Source: Candidatus Poribacteria bacterium (GTDB lineage Bacteria > Poribacteria > WGA-4E > WGA-3G). Taken from it: DNA of 64,000 nt. How positions within the stretch are numbered: position 1 is the stretch's first letter; each line of letters starts with the position of its first letter. The notes under the pieces were generated by a model. That model was not told where the DNA came from. It saw only the letters and a list, made by a program, of their open reading frames with translations, and did not search any database. The translations under genes were made by a program, and so were the position numbers. Of this stretch, positions 37,756-47,093 are shown piece after piece. The stretch lies in the NCBI GenBank assembly GCA_965246985.1, contig OZ251998.1:6596430-6660429 (forward strand), read 5' to 3'.

Positions 37756-38042
37756 CTCAACAATGTCGATGCTTTTTTTTGGATTTCCAACGCCAGCGTC
37801 AACCGTCCAACGAGCTGTTCGAGTTGTGCTATGCGCTCGGTCGTCTCGTTAGAGTGTTTATCCGTTGAGGCAAACACAGAGGCTACATTTTCAACAACTT
37901 GCTGCTTCCACTTGGAGAGTTGGTCTTCGCTGAGGTTGTGTCTGCGACACAACTCCGCTTGTGAACTTTCACCGCGGAGTGCCTCCAAAACGACCTCCGC
38001 TTTAAACTCGGGGGTGAATCTTCTTCGTTTGCGTTTCGCCAT
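37752..38042 (-). CDS. IS3-family transposase OrfA (HTH)
   Basis: MAKRKRRRFTPEFKAEVVLEAL... is typical of IS3 OrfA. Confidence 0.9.
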   Translation of the reverse strand: MAKRKRRRFTPEFKAEVVLEALRGESSQAELCRRHNLSEDQLSKWKQQVVENVASVFASTDKHSNETTERIAQLEQLVGRLTLALEIQKKASTLLS

Positions 38043-38174
38043 CGGATTCTCCTTTCAGTGAGATTGTATTATATCACAATCTTGGTTTAGAGAGTGGTCT
38101 AAATTTCCGATGGCAGTACATGTTTATATCTTCTGAAAACTGAATCTACTGTGTATATTAGACATTATCATGAT

Positions 38175-39276
38175 TTAATCGACCAGTATAGGATAAGCCC
38201 AAGGTCTGAAGTTTAGTCTAAAGTTGTGTAAGCCACAGCAAGTTTGCATGACTAAATCAGCGAATCCTTTTCTGTAGTTGCGCAACTTATCTTTGACGAT
38301 GCGGTATCTCTTGATGCCAGAAATGGCGTGTTCAACACGTACACGTATCGCCGAAATCTCGCGATTCATCGCTTTCTCTTCAGCCGTCAACTCGCCACCT
38401 TTTGGTTTCTTTTTGGGTCAGGGCTATTTAGTTTTCGGTTCCGCTTTCGATTTTAGTTTACGAATGTTAACGTTTTTACGAGATATAGCGTGAAAATCAA
38501 GTCCTATCTCGTAAAAAGTATCCACACTTATGAAGTAAATATGTACAACTAAATGACCCTGCTTTTTGGGTTGAATGATCTTGACTTGCGGACAGGTAAA
38601 CCCTTGAAACCCCGTGTCTTGATACAAAATGCTACCCGGTGGCGGAGAATAACCTGTTATGTCGGCGATATGCTTGTCATGGATGCGGCCTTCATACGAC
38701 GGTGTAAGAAACACGACCTGGCTATCGGCATTCATCATCAAGTTGTTTTTCAGGGTATGTTGCTTCTTTTTACCACTATAATGGGCCTTTTGAGTTTCTC
38801 GGTCTTTTGGACGCTGAATCGGACGCTCTGTGCTATCATGAAAAAAAAATGTTTGACGCTTTTGCATGCGTTGAGGGGGCCACAGACGCATCCACTCTTG
38901 AGGCGGATGCCTCCCGCGAGGGGAGTTCGCCAAGGGCTGCCAAAGCAGCATTGACCATCGGCAAAAGTAGATGAATCCATTTGTTCACAACAGGTTGAGC
39001 GATACCCAATAACTCACTGAGGACCTCTCGCGTCATCGCTTGGCGTAGGTAAATCAAAATAAAGAGCAGCTTATCTTCAAGACTCGGAAAACAACTATTT
39101 TCGTAAGTCGTATACTTACGTTGGTTTCTCGGTTTACCTTCAAGCGTATGTGTTTCAACGTATGCGAGAAACCGATGAGAAAAATACCGTAAGAGTGCTG
39201 CGAACTCTTCAAGTGTATAACCCGTCAGAGACAGAAACTTTTTCGGTTCATCCTTGAGATTTTCATAACGCGTCAT
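38175..39276 (-). pseudogene. IS5-like DDE transposase gene, split by a MITE and a T9/A9 frameshift
   Basis: The N-terminal HTH_Tnp_4-like part is MTRYENLKDEPKKFLSLTGYTLEEF. The core reads DSTERPIQRP..YSGKKKQHTLK and the C-terminus reads NREISAIRVRVEHAISGIKRYRI. The frame changes at the A9 run (38840-38848). The MITE lies at 38419-38561. Confidence 0.85.
38419..38561. mobile_element. 143-bp MITE (family B), copy B, inside the IS5-like transposase gene
   Basis: The 10-bp TSD is CTTTTTGGGT. Removing the element plus one TSD rejoins ...QPKK|KPKGGELTAEEK... in frame. Confidence 0.9.
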
Positions 39277-39384
39277 GAGTTGGTCTCCTATATGATATTT
39301 CTTACCAGTTTATCATACGCCAACTAAAACTTACAAATAAATTGTTATAATGTCTATTAATTACTAAAGTTTGAACAATTGCAA

Positions 39385-39411
39385 ATTGTCCAAACTTTAG
39401 TAACAGTTACA
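39385..39411. repeat. Right arm of the 27-nt inverted repeat bracketing the IS nest
   Basis: ATTGTCCAAACTTTAGTAACAGTTACA. Confidence 0.8.
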
Positions 39412-39498
39412 GAATATAAAAGAAGGACTTTACATTTTGACATTAAATACAAGGTTTAGATTAGAGTATTGCGATACATTACATTGGAGGAAAAGAAA

Positions 39499-40299
39499 AT
39501 GAAAATTAGAAGTCAAAGTGGAACCATGGTATTTTGGTTAAGTATCATCGTTTTCACTGTATCGGTCACTGGAATTAGTCATTCTGCTGTGATTGACAAG
39601 GCGACTGTTGAGGTAGCCTATCTCTTCGACGAAGGGAAAGGTAACGTTGCCAAAGATATTTCTGGGAATGGTCGGAACGGCGACATATCTGGAGCAAAGC
39701 ACGTCAAAGGTGTAATTGGAGACGGTTTAGAATACGATGGGGTTGATGACAACCTCATTGTCACAGGCTATAACGGTATAGGGGGGACAGATCCGCGAAC
39801 AACTGTTTTCTGGTTTAAAACTACAACAGTCCGCGACCATTCCTGGGTTAAATGGGGAGTGAATACTGTGGGACAAAAATACTACATCCGCGCACACGTC
39901 CGCGGAAATGAATGCAACTTACGGGTGGAAGTCAACAGCGGCAACAATTTCGGCACAGACAACGTCTGCGATGGTGAATGGCATCATTGTGCAGTGGTTT
40001 TCCCGGAAGGATCAGATGCGGTGAAAGACCACGATCTATATGTAGACGGTAAACTTCAGGAAAAAGAGGGAACCGAATTCGAGATGGACACCAACATTGA
40101 TACCCAAGCGGTTAATATCGGAGCAAGATTGGCTAATCACACCTTTATGCTCGGTACATTGGATGAAGTTGCTATTTTCAATGTGGATCTAAGCGAAGAT
40201 CAGATTAAGGCAATCATGGATAACGGATTGCAATCGGCACTTGGTGTAGACCCGCAAGGGAAATTAGCCACAAGTTGGGCGATGATTAAGACGTATTAA
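39499..40299 (+). CDS. Secreted LamG/concanavalin-A-like lectin domain protein
   Basis: The start MKIRSQSG has a GGAGGA SD and a signal peptide. The FDEGKGNVAKDISGNGRNG...GLEYDGVDDNL pattern is Laminin_G_3-like. Confidence 0.8.
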   Translation: MKIRSQSGTMVFWLSIIVFTVSVTGISHSAVIDKATVEVAYLFDEGKGNVAKDISGNGRNGDISGAKHVKGVIGDGLEYDGVDDNLIVTGYNGIGGTDPRTTVFWFKTTTVRDHSWVKWGVNTVGQKYYIRAHVRGNECNLRVEVNSGNNFGTDNVCDGEWHHCAVVFPEGSDAVKDHDLYVDGKLQEKEGTEFEMDTNIDTQAVNIGARLANHTFMLGTLDEVAIFNVDLSEDQIKAIMDNGLQSALGVDPQGKLATSWAMIKTY

Positions 40300-40308
40300 C
40301 TGTCTTAT

Positions 40309-40330
40309 GTAGGAGCGACCTCCCGGTCGC
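40309..40330. repeat. REP-like unit (GTAGGA + hairpin), inverted orientation
   Basis: GTAGGA GCGACC tccc GGTCGC lies between convergent genes. Confidence 0.6.
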
Positions 40331-40338
40331 GATGCTGA

Positions 40339-41160
40339 TTAGTCCCACAAATCAAGCCCCAACAGTTTTCGTCCCAAAGGTGTCAGTTCTGCGGGTCCAT
40401 AGTTTTTTGCTTCCCAACCGCGTGGGTCTCCCGGATAGGGACCTCTGCCCAATGCTCTCCGCTCTCGCCACAGTGTGATGCGTTCTTGTCGCCGTTCTTC
40501 ATTCATCGGATCTGGAGCAGGGTGGAAGTTCATGTATTGCGCCAATCGTGGCTTATCGAAGGTATTGCGTCCGTTACCGTGCGGAAGTGCAACATGCCAA
40601 ATCAGCAACGAGCCTGCCTTTGCAGGCACCTGAATGAAGCGTTCTGGCGAAAGTTCTGGCACCCACGGGTTTTCTTCGTCAATCAGCGACTTATGCGCGC
40701 CGGGCCAACAGACGAAAGACCCCTGATTGTCAGCCGTATCTGTCAGAAACAGGACCCCTTGTGTGTGGAACCTAACCGGTAATTTCGTGGTGTCCGCATC
40801 CCAGTGGTACATACCTTTATGATCCCATTCAGGATAGTCAGGGTGTTTAGGCGGTTTCATGTTGACACGATCAGGATGCACCCAAATCCGATGCGTGCCA
40901 TATACTTCGGTATAGATCTGATAAATCGGTGGATGCTGATAGACGTTCCACATCGCTTGGTGTTGGTACATCTCCACCATACCTGCGCCGGGTTTATGAG
41001 GCGCGCGGTACCAGTCATTTGGATCCGAAGGGTCCATCTCTAAGAATGCGAATATCGCATCGACGACTGCATCGCAAAGTTCAGTCGGAACAGCATTCTC
41101 GATGACCATGTATCCGTATTCATCAAAATGATCACGATGTACTTGTGTTAATATTCCCAT
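40339..41160 (-). CDS. PhyH-family Fe(II)/2-oxoglutarate dioxygenase (second copy)
   Basis: HFDEYGYMVIENAVP..., HWDAD (HxD) and a later WHVALPHGN. Confidence 0.8.
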   Translation of the reverse strand: MGILTQVHRDHFDEYGYMVIENAVPTELCDAVVDAIFAFLEMDPSDPNDWYRAPHKPGAGMVEMYQHQAMWNVYQHPPIYQIYTEVYGTHRIWVHPDRVNMKPPKHPDYPEWDHKGMYHWDADTTKLPVRFHTQGVLFLTDTADNQGSFVCWPGAHKSLIDEENPWVPELSPERFIQVPAKAGSLLIWHVALPHGNGRNTFDKPRLAQYMNFHPAPDPMNEERRQERITLWRERRALGRGPYPGDPRGWEAKNYGPAELTPLGRKLLGLDLWD

Positions 41161-41207
41161 CTCAATTTCCTTTAGTGTTAGCGTTTGTTCAAAGTTTGAG
41201 CAGGTCT

Positions 41208-41996
41208 CTATTGTAGGGTGGCACGCGCCGCCTGATACAAGCGAAATAAATTTTCATGCGTTTCTTGAGCGAGTATCTGTGGGTGCCATACTAATTCAGC
41301 CACCAAGTCACTGATAACAAACCCCGATGCCATATCTACACCGCGCAGCGTACTGATGGCAAATAAAGCAGCGGCTTCCATATCAACCGTGACAATCCCC
41401 TCCTGTTGATAATGCTGAATTTCTCCAACCGTTTCACGGAAGAAGGCATCAGTTGTCCACGTTGGTCCTTGCGTGTAAGGGATGCCATCGCGCGCAAGGG
41501 TTCGCACAAGTGCATCTGTCAGGTTTTCAGACGGCAGTGCCGGTGTCGAAGGATCTTCCAAGTAGTGGTAGGAAACCCCTTCATCACGAATGGCACCGGT
41601 ACAAACGACGACATCACCAATACAAGCAGTTTTTTGTAATCCACCGGCAATCCCTACGTTGATAAATCGCTTAACACCGAGTTCTATCAGAATTTCAAGA
41701 ACCATTGAGACACCCGGGGCACCAATGCCATTATTGCCGTTGACTGCCACGCGATTATTGGTTTCAGTCAGTAGGTAGAATCCGCCACCTACCCCTTGAA
41801 TCTGCTCAACGCTTTCAATGCTGGTAATGCGATCAAGAAGATTCCCTTCATAACAAAAAATCACACTATCGGGAATCGGAAAGTCGGAAATGAAGCCTTG
41901 TTGGCGGAAATACGCGACATGCTGCTGTGGCGTGACTATCGGACGAGATTTATGTTTGTCAGGGAAATTCGGTATTGGCATAGTTACGTTGAACAT
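41208..41996 (-). CDS. Nucleoside phosphorylase (PNP_UDP_1 family)
   Basis: GIGAPGVSMVLEILIELGVKRFINVGIAGGL and VDMEAAALF. Confidence 0.85.
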   Translation of the reverse strand: MFNVTMPIPNFPDKHKSRPIVTPQQHVAYFRQQGFISDFPIPDSVIFCYEGNLLDRITSIESVEQIQGVGGGFYLLTETNNRVAVNGNNGIGAPGVSMVLEILIELGVKRFINVGIAGGLQKTACIGDVVVCTGAIRDEGVSYHYLEDPSTPALPSENLTDALVRTLARDGIPYTQGPTWTTDAFFRETVGEIQHYQQEGIVTVDMEAAALFAISTLRGVDMASGFVISDLVAELVWHPQILAQETHENLFRLYQAARATLQ

Positions 41997-42094
41997 TGTC
42001 GGTCTTGTTCTTGTCTGAATCAGGGTTTACAGGATTAGAACCGCTTCTTGATTAACAGTATTCCCGACAGAATTACCAAATTATCTTTGCACGG

Positions 42095-42319
42095 TTATAC
42101 CTTCTTGTAGTTTTTGTAGAGCAACACGAGAAGCGCATCGACTGTCAATGGTTCGCTATTTTTATCGCGAATAGAAATCTCGTTGTCGTCTATTGCTTTG
42201 CGTAATGGCTTCTGAAGTTTCTCATGAGCACTTCCGGTCTCGGTAGCCATTCCTGAGGCGAAACCTCCACCAAAACCGATGCCGATACCTACACCCAGAC
42301 CTGCACCGAAACCTTCCAT
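42095..42319 (-). CDS. Small Gly-zipper protein, unknown function
   Basis: 74 aa, MEGFGAGLGVGIGIGFGGGFASG... The coding status is uncertain. Confidence 0.45.
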   Translation of the reverse strand: MEGFGAGLGVGIGIGFGGGFASGMATETGSAHEKLQKPLRKAIDDNEISIRDKNSEPLTVDALLVLLYKNYKKV

Positions 42320-42407
42320 AATAACATTCCCCCCTTTCTACGTCCGTGAGATAAACAAAATGGGTGCGGACACACCGCACGTTGATGTAATCAATCATTA
42401 AAATATA

Positions 42408-42518
42408 GTAAAACCCACAATTAACTTTACATTGGCGAGGTTAGGAAACCTCGCCAGCGAGCGAGTGTATTCACGGAATTGTTGCTCTTTAAAGTGTAAA
42501 CATATTTTCGGGTTTTAC
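42408..42518. mobile_element. 111-bp MITE (family A), copy 2, intergenic
   Basis: Flanked by TA (42406-07 and 42519-20). One mismatch to copy 1. Confidence 0.85.
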
Positions 42519-42657
42519 TATAATACCACATTTGGAGAGGAGAGTCAAACCAGAACATGAGCGATTCAGCGTTTATCAGAACCACTTATTAACGACAGAT
42601 GGAGGTTTGTAGTAGTATGATTTATCGACCGTCAATGGTATAATAATTTTCGATGAG

Positions 42658-44130
42658 TTACCCAATCTCCGTGTGCAGGAAGGAGAGAAAAGTGCTAACA
42701 AACAACACCAGCAAAAACAGAATCAACAGCAGCAGATCCATAATTGTGGCATTAAAATCCGCACCAAAGCGGTGCTGATCTTCAAATTTGGGGACGGCAT
42801 CGAAATTCACAGGTTTTTGTGATGTGCCTTCTGGGATACCAACCGCGTGTGGGCTTTCTGGGTCTGCACGATCAGTATCAATGAGGAATTGCCGAAACTG
42901 TTTTGCGTATTGGCGTGTTTGAGAGATGAAGTCTAAATGGCGAGGCAAGCCGGTGCCAGCAAGCCCTTCAAAAGCGTATTGGACAATAGCTGCTGGTGAA
43001 ATACGGGTAAGTGACCGAGCGGTTTGAATCTGACGGAGTTCGGCAGAAAGGTAGCCTGTATGCAAGCGATCGCGTAATTCTGCATCTTTATTAATATATT
43101 CCGCACCCAATGCTGTTGCGATTGTCGCCGGAGTTTCTCGTCTGGGAGGTTCCTTGATCCGAGCAAAGTAGCGTATTTGCAAATCTTCGCGTGAATCCCG
43201 GGCCTGCACCATAAACTCTCTGGCGGAAGGACGGGAGTGCAAACGGTTACCAAGAGAGCCGAGGGCGTTTGGCAGTAGCACCACCCAGACCGTCCAAATC
43301 AATAATAGAATTGCCAAGCTCGTTGAGGACTCTCTGACACGACTGGAAACCAGGATTCCCAAGAGAATAAAAATTGAGGTATAAATCAACGCGACACAGA
43401 TGATCAAACCCAACCTTACCCAATAGCTGCCGTTGAATAGAACGGCTTCCGAAAGGTATATGATGGAGATACTGACAATCGCTCCAATCAAAAAAGGGAT
43501 TGCAATCGTAAAGAAAGCACCGAGAAATTTACCACAAATCACGGCATTCCGTGAAACACTATTTGCCAGTATCAACCGCAGTGTGCCCCGTTCTTGCTCA
43601 CCGGAGATTGAATCGAACGTAAACAGAATACCCATGAAACTTAATAGAACAGCCGTCACGAATCCCCAATCGATTTTGATATAGTTCGGCATAATGCTTC
43701 TCTCGCTTGGAACCTGCTCTGAAATGAACAGTAGATCCACATTCGGTGGATAGGCTAATCGCCATATTTCTGTGAATTCGTAGAAAGCATCTCCGTTCTG
43801 CCAGCGACGTATCCGTCCATCAGTATTGCCGCGGACTTCGTCGAGCAGGAGTTTTTCTCCGCCATCTGCACAGAAAGCCAGTGGACTCGGTTTTTTGTAG
43901 AGGTGTCCAGGGCCCTTTAGAGCCAGACGATACAGCGTATCACACCGAGATTGCAGTTGGTTTTGTGACGCAATAATCCGCCCTCGGTATATGCCCATTC
44001 GCTGCTTGTATTCTCCAAGGTACACAATAGCATTGACAGTCATCAGTATTAGAATTAATAGTGTTGTTAGTGCAAAACGGAGACTACTTAGGTGATCATA
44101 AAGTTCCCGTATGATGATGTGGAAAATCAT
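42658..44130 (-). CDS. ABC-2-type transporter permease-like membrane protein (paralog B)
   Basis: N-terminal TM, a large extracytoplasmic loop, FDSISGEQERGTLRL and a 5-TM bundle. A long C-terminal soluble region ends in a final TM. Confidence 0.75.
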   Translation of the reverse strand: MIFHIIIRELYDHLSSLRFALTTLLILILMTVNAIVYLGEYKQRMGIYRGRIIASQNQLQSRCDTLYRLALKGPGHLYKKPSPLAFCADGGEKLLLDEVRGNTDGRIRRWQNGDAFYEFTEIWRLAYPPNVDLLFISEQVPSERSIMPNYIKIDWGFVTAVLLSFMGILFTFDSISGEQERGTLRLILANSVSRNAVICGKFLGAFFTIAIPFLIGAIVSISIIYLSEAVLFNGSYWVRLGLIICVALIYTSIFILLGILVSSRVRESSTSLAILLLIWTVWVVLLPNALGSLGNRLHSRPSAREFMVQARDSREDLQIRYFARIKEPPRRETPATIATALGAEYINKDAELRDRLHTGYLSAELRQIQTARSLTRISPAAIVQYAFEGLAGTGLPRHLDFISQTRQYAKQFRQFLIDTDRADPESPHAVGIPEGTSQKPVNFDAVPKFEDQHRFGADFNATIMDLLLLILFLLVLFVSTFLSFLHTEIG

Positions 44131-44186
44131 ATCATATCTTCCCTAAAAGACTGACAGAGATAAGACTCTGCCGTGAGGTCTGAAAC

Positions 44187-45695
44187 CTAAATCTCCTGCC
44201 TGACGAAAATAGCGAAGGTCGCCAAGAACAACGCAACATTGAGTAGTATCAACAACTGCAGGTCGGGGAGTGCCCGTGAAGCGTTTATCCAGAGACTGGC
44301 ACGTTGATAGACAAATCTCGGCAGATCGTCTAAGTTGATGGCACCTTTATCGCTGGCAAACCACTGTCGACTTGAAAAAGCCTTTTCATCATAAAAGTAA
44401 TTAATCAGCGTACGTCGGTAGTGGCGTGCCGCCTCAAAGAAGTCCACAACACCATCAAGGTCTGTTCCCAGCCATGCCTGTGTTGCGAGATTATACATCG
44501 CTGCTGGAGAGAGTCGAAGTAGATTCTGCGCAATTCTGGCTCTCCGAAACCGGATTTGCTCTAAGGCAGGCAGGCGTATCAATCCCATTTTCTCTGCTGC
44601 ATCAATGCGTAAGGGTGTTAAGAATTGATGGTAGCGGATGGCATGAGGAACGTGTTTTTCAGATTCCGGGCTGATGGATTGCCAATCATACGCTCTGAAG
44701 TCTATACGCATCAGTGTTCTTTTGTTACTGAGACCCACATTTAATCCACCGCGAGAGCCCTCTAAGTTAAAGTGATCGCTTTCGCCTTCGACCCCATCGT
44801 TCTGAAGATATTCCATCGCTTCTTTATTGGCTGCCAGTCGTATTTGCCAAATCGCATCGTAACTCGAATCTATCCGACTCCTTTCGGGTTTTATTAGTTG
44901 ATCAACCACCGACACGCTAAGAGAAGGATAAACCAACACCAGTACCACCCAGACAAATAGAGAGAGCATGAGTGCTGTTGCGGTGCGGTGCACCGAAGCA
45001 GAGATAAAAAGTCCTATCAGGTAGATAGCCGAAAGATAGATAATCGAAGTTAGCAGAATGCCTGCAATTCGTAGAAAATCCTCTCCACTCAAGACGATTG
45101 AACCTGTTAACACTGTCCAGATTAAGGCGATGATAAAACTCATGATGAGCGGTAGGATTAGACATGTCATTGCACCAACGTACTTCGCGCCCAATATACT
45201 TCCTCGTCTTACCGGATGGCTCATTGTCAGGCGCATTGTGCCGGTTTCACGTTCGCCTGCAATCGCATCGTAGGCAAACAGCAGTGCCAGTAATGAAAGC
45301 ACGAACTGAAAAACAAAGACGAGGTCGATTCGGTAGAAATTATCGATAAAAAGATTGCCAGAACTATGGGCTTGTGCGTCCCACAAGACAGGGACATTTG
45401 TGTAATAGATTCGCAACGTATTGCCGAGTCGGCTGTCCATACCGGCGTTAAAAATGCTCAGCGGATTCGGCGGTCGATCGACCTTTGGCATCAAAAAGGA
45501 ATAGGTTCGGGTGGATAAAAGTTCATCACGGTGAGCATCTCTGGCGGCATTGTAGCTCGCTAACCGTTGTTCATAATCGTTAATTCTGATGAACATGGTT
45601 GTGGCAACCAGCAGCAGGCAGGTAATCACCGTGACTGCAAAACGAAATGTTATCAGATGCGCGAGAATCTCACGCTTCAGTAGCACCAAAAACAT
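44187..45695 (-). CDS. ABC-2-type transporter permease-like membrane protein (paralog A)
   Basis: Same architecture, with YDAIAGERETGTMRL. Confidence 0.75.
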   Translation of the reverse strand: MFLVLLKREILAHLITFRFAVTVITCLLLVATTMFIRINDYEQRLASYNAARDAHRDELLSTRTYSFLMPKVDRPPNPLSIFNAGMDSRLGNTLRIYYTNVPVLWDAQAHSSGNLFIDNFYRIDLVFVFQFVLSLLALLFAYDAIAGERETGTMRLTMSHPVRRGSILGAKYVGAMTCLILPLIMSFIIALIWTVLTGSIVLSGEDFLRIAGILLTSIIYLSAIYLIGLFISASVHRTATALMLSLFVWVVLVLVYPSLSVSVVDQLIKPERSRIDSSYDAIWQIRLAANKEAMEYLQNDGVEGESDHFNLEGSRGGLNVGLSNKRTLMRIDFRAYDWQSISPESEKHVPHAIRYHQFLTPLRIDAAEKMGLIRLPALEQIRFRRARIAQNLLRLSPAAMYNLATQAWLGTDLDGVVDFFEAARHYRRTLINYFYDEKAFSSRQWFASDKGAINLDDLPRFVYQRASLWINASRALPDLQLLILLNVALFLATFAIFVRQEI

Positions 45696-45815
45696 TGCAC
45701 TATTCCTTTGTGTCGGTTTAGGTAAGTGTGGTCGGTTTGGAACAATTATAAACTATTACGCATTTTTGTCCAAGATTTAAAGATTTTACCTAAATAAACG
45801 CGCACGCGAGATTTA

Positions 45816-45842
45816 GTAGGCGCGCTTGCAAGGCGCGCCTAC
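45816..45842. terminator. GC-rich perfect hairpin (REP-like / terminator) after the ECF gene
   Basis: GTAGGCGCGC ttgcaag GCGCGCCTAC. Confidence 0.5.
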
Positions 45843-45859
45843 GAGGTACTGGACCGGGA

Positions 45860-47047
45860 TTAGTGGTCTTTTGGATTCAGATGTACCCTTGTCATCGCTA
45901 CGAAGTTCAGGAAATAGGCGACAGCATCGTTTTTCGGTTCAATGAGATCATCCGCCGTGCGAGCCGCTAACTCCGCGGCTATTAAGGTCTCCACGGCTTT
46001 CTCGATCTCACCCGCTGAGCTGCCACATCCGTTTGCTAGCTCTTCAACCGATCGTTTCCCCTCCACCAATTGCCTTAAAATAGCGACGACGGTGGGATTT
46101 GTGAAGATGCTCGCGAGATTCGCAATTGCGTCATTTGGTGCTCTGGATATGAAATTGTCAATGTTGTCCGACCAGAATGAGATACGTTTTGACAGCTTTC
46201 CAGGAGCAGTACGATAACCACCGCCATAACCCCACGCGAGGGGCCTCTCAGCATTATGGGGAAGACGGCAGAGTGTTGAATATGCCTCTTTTTTTTCTGA
46301 ATCCAAGAAAGCATCCGATTCAAAGGCGATAACCTGAAGTTGCTCTCGTAGATCAGCAATCTGATGCTGCATTTCTTCAAGACTTGCGGTGATTTTGGAT
46401 TCATCTCTCGTTTTATCTGCCATTTTAATTTCTCCTTTCAATTGGCTTTGGGAACGGTATTCCCTTTCGGTTGTAATGTCAAGTGCCTCTTGAATCATAA
46501 ATTCGTACTTTTTTAGTCGTTGCCGCGCACGGTGGAGCCGACTCTTAATCGTGTTTTCGGATACGCCTAAGAACTCGCCTATTTCTGAAGATGTCATCTC
46601 TTCAAAGTAGTGGAGTGTGATAACCTCGCGATCGCTCTCTTTCAACTTCGCAAGGAGTTTTTTGACAAGTTCGTGCTGCGCCTCAGCGGTCGTTTTCTCA
46701 TGTTCTTCGGCAACATATCGCGAATATGCTTCTGTCTCTATTTCTGAAATGTGGGTTTCTTCCAGCGATTCGGTCTGTAGTCGATTTCTTCGATACCATG
46801 TGATACAGAGTCGATCCACAATCGTATAAATCCACTTAGGAAACAGCGTTGGATCTTCCAGGGTTTCGAGTCTCTGATAGACTTGCAGGAAGGTCTCTTG
46901 TGTAATATCTTCAGCGATATGGAAATCTCTTGTCTTCCGCCAAGCATGCGCGTGCACCTGCTTCTGGTATTTACGAATCAGACTCTCAAAAGCAGCTTCA
47001 TCGCCTGCAAGAATGCGTTGGATTAATTTAACATCGTCATTTTTCAC
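45860..47047 (-). CDS. ECF sigma-70 factor with ~200-aa C-terminal extension (coiled segment + winged-helix-like module, no TM)
   Basis: GTG start with a GGAGG SD. The N-terminal ~190 aa are paralogous to the sigma-WD40 protein (MKNDDVKLIQRILAGDEAAFE...). The C-terminus has TNPTVVAILRQLVEGKRSVEELANGCGSSAGEI. Confidence 0.9.
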   Translation of the reverse strand: MKNDDVKLIQRILAGDEAAFESLIRKYQKQVHAHAWRKTRDFHIAEDITQETFLQVYQRLETLEDPTLFPKWIYTIVDRLCITWYRRNRLQTESLEETHISEIETEAYSRYVAEEHEKTTAEAQHELVKKLLAKLKESDREVITLHYFEEMTSSEIGEFLGVSENTIKSRLHRARQRLKKYEFMIQEALDITTEREYRSQSQLKGEIKMADKTRDESKITASLEEMQHQIADLREQLQVIAFESDAFLDSEKKEAYSTLCRLPHNAERPLAWGYGGGYRTAPGKLSKRISFWSDNIDNFISRAPNDAIANLASIFTNPTVVAILRQLVEGKRSVEELANGCGSSAGEIEKAVETLIAAELAARTADDLIEPKNDAVAYFLNFVAMTRVHLNPKDH

Positions 47048-47093
47048 CAGATGCCTCCGAAAAGCGTATCTTCATTCACTCGTTCATATATAA

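Larger units (their letters stand above)
36882..38115 (-). mobile_element. IS3-family insertion sequence (apparently intact)
   Basis: The TIRs are TGCCAACGTTTATTTAGACCAC (36882-36903) and GTGGTCTAAATTTCCGATGGCA (38094-38115), 18/22 with TG..CA ends. It has orfA/orfB with an A8G slippery run (37772-37780). Confidence 0.9.
38150..39360 (-). mobile_element. IS5-family (DDE_Tnp_4 type) insertion sequence, decayed
   Basis: Short terminal inverted repeats share TAGACATTAT (about 38153-38165 and 39345-39357). The end positions are approximate. Confidence 0.65.

Noticed and set aside
42658-45695. Calling the two permease-like genes a complete ABC transporter
   Set aside because: No Walker-A/ABC-signature ATPase gene is present anywhere in the window, so only permease-like membrane proteins can be supported.
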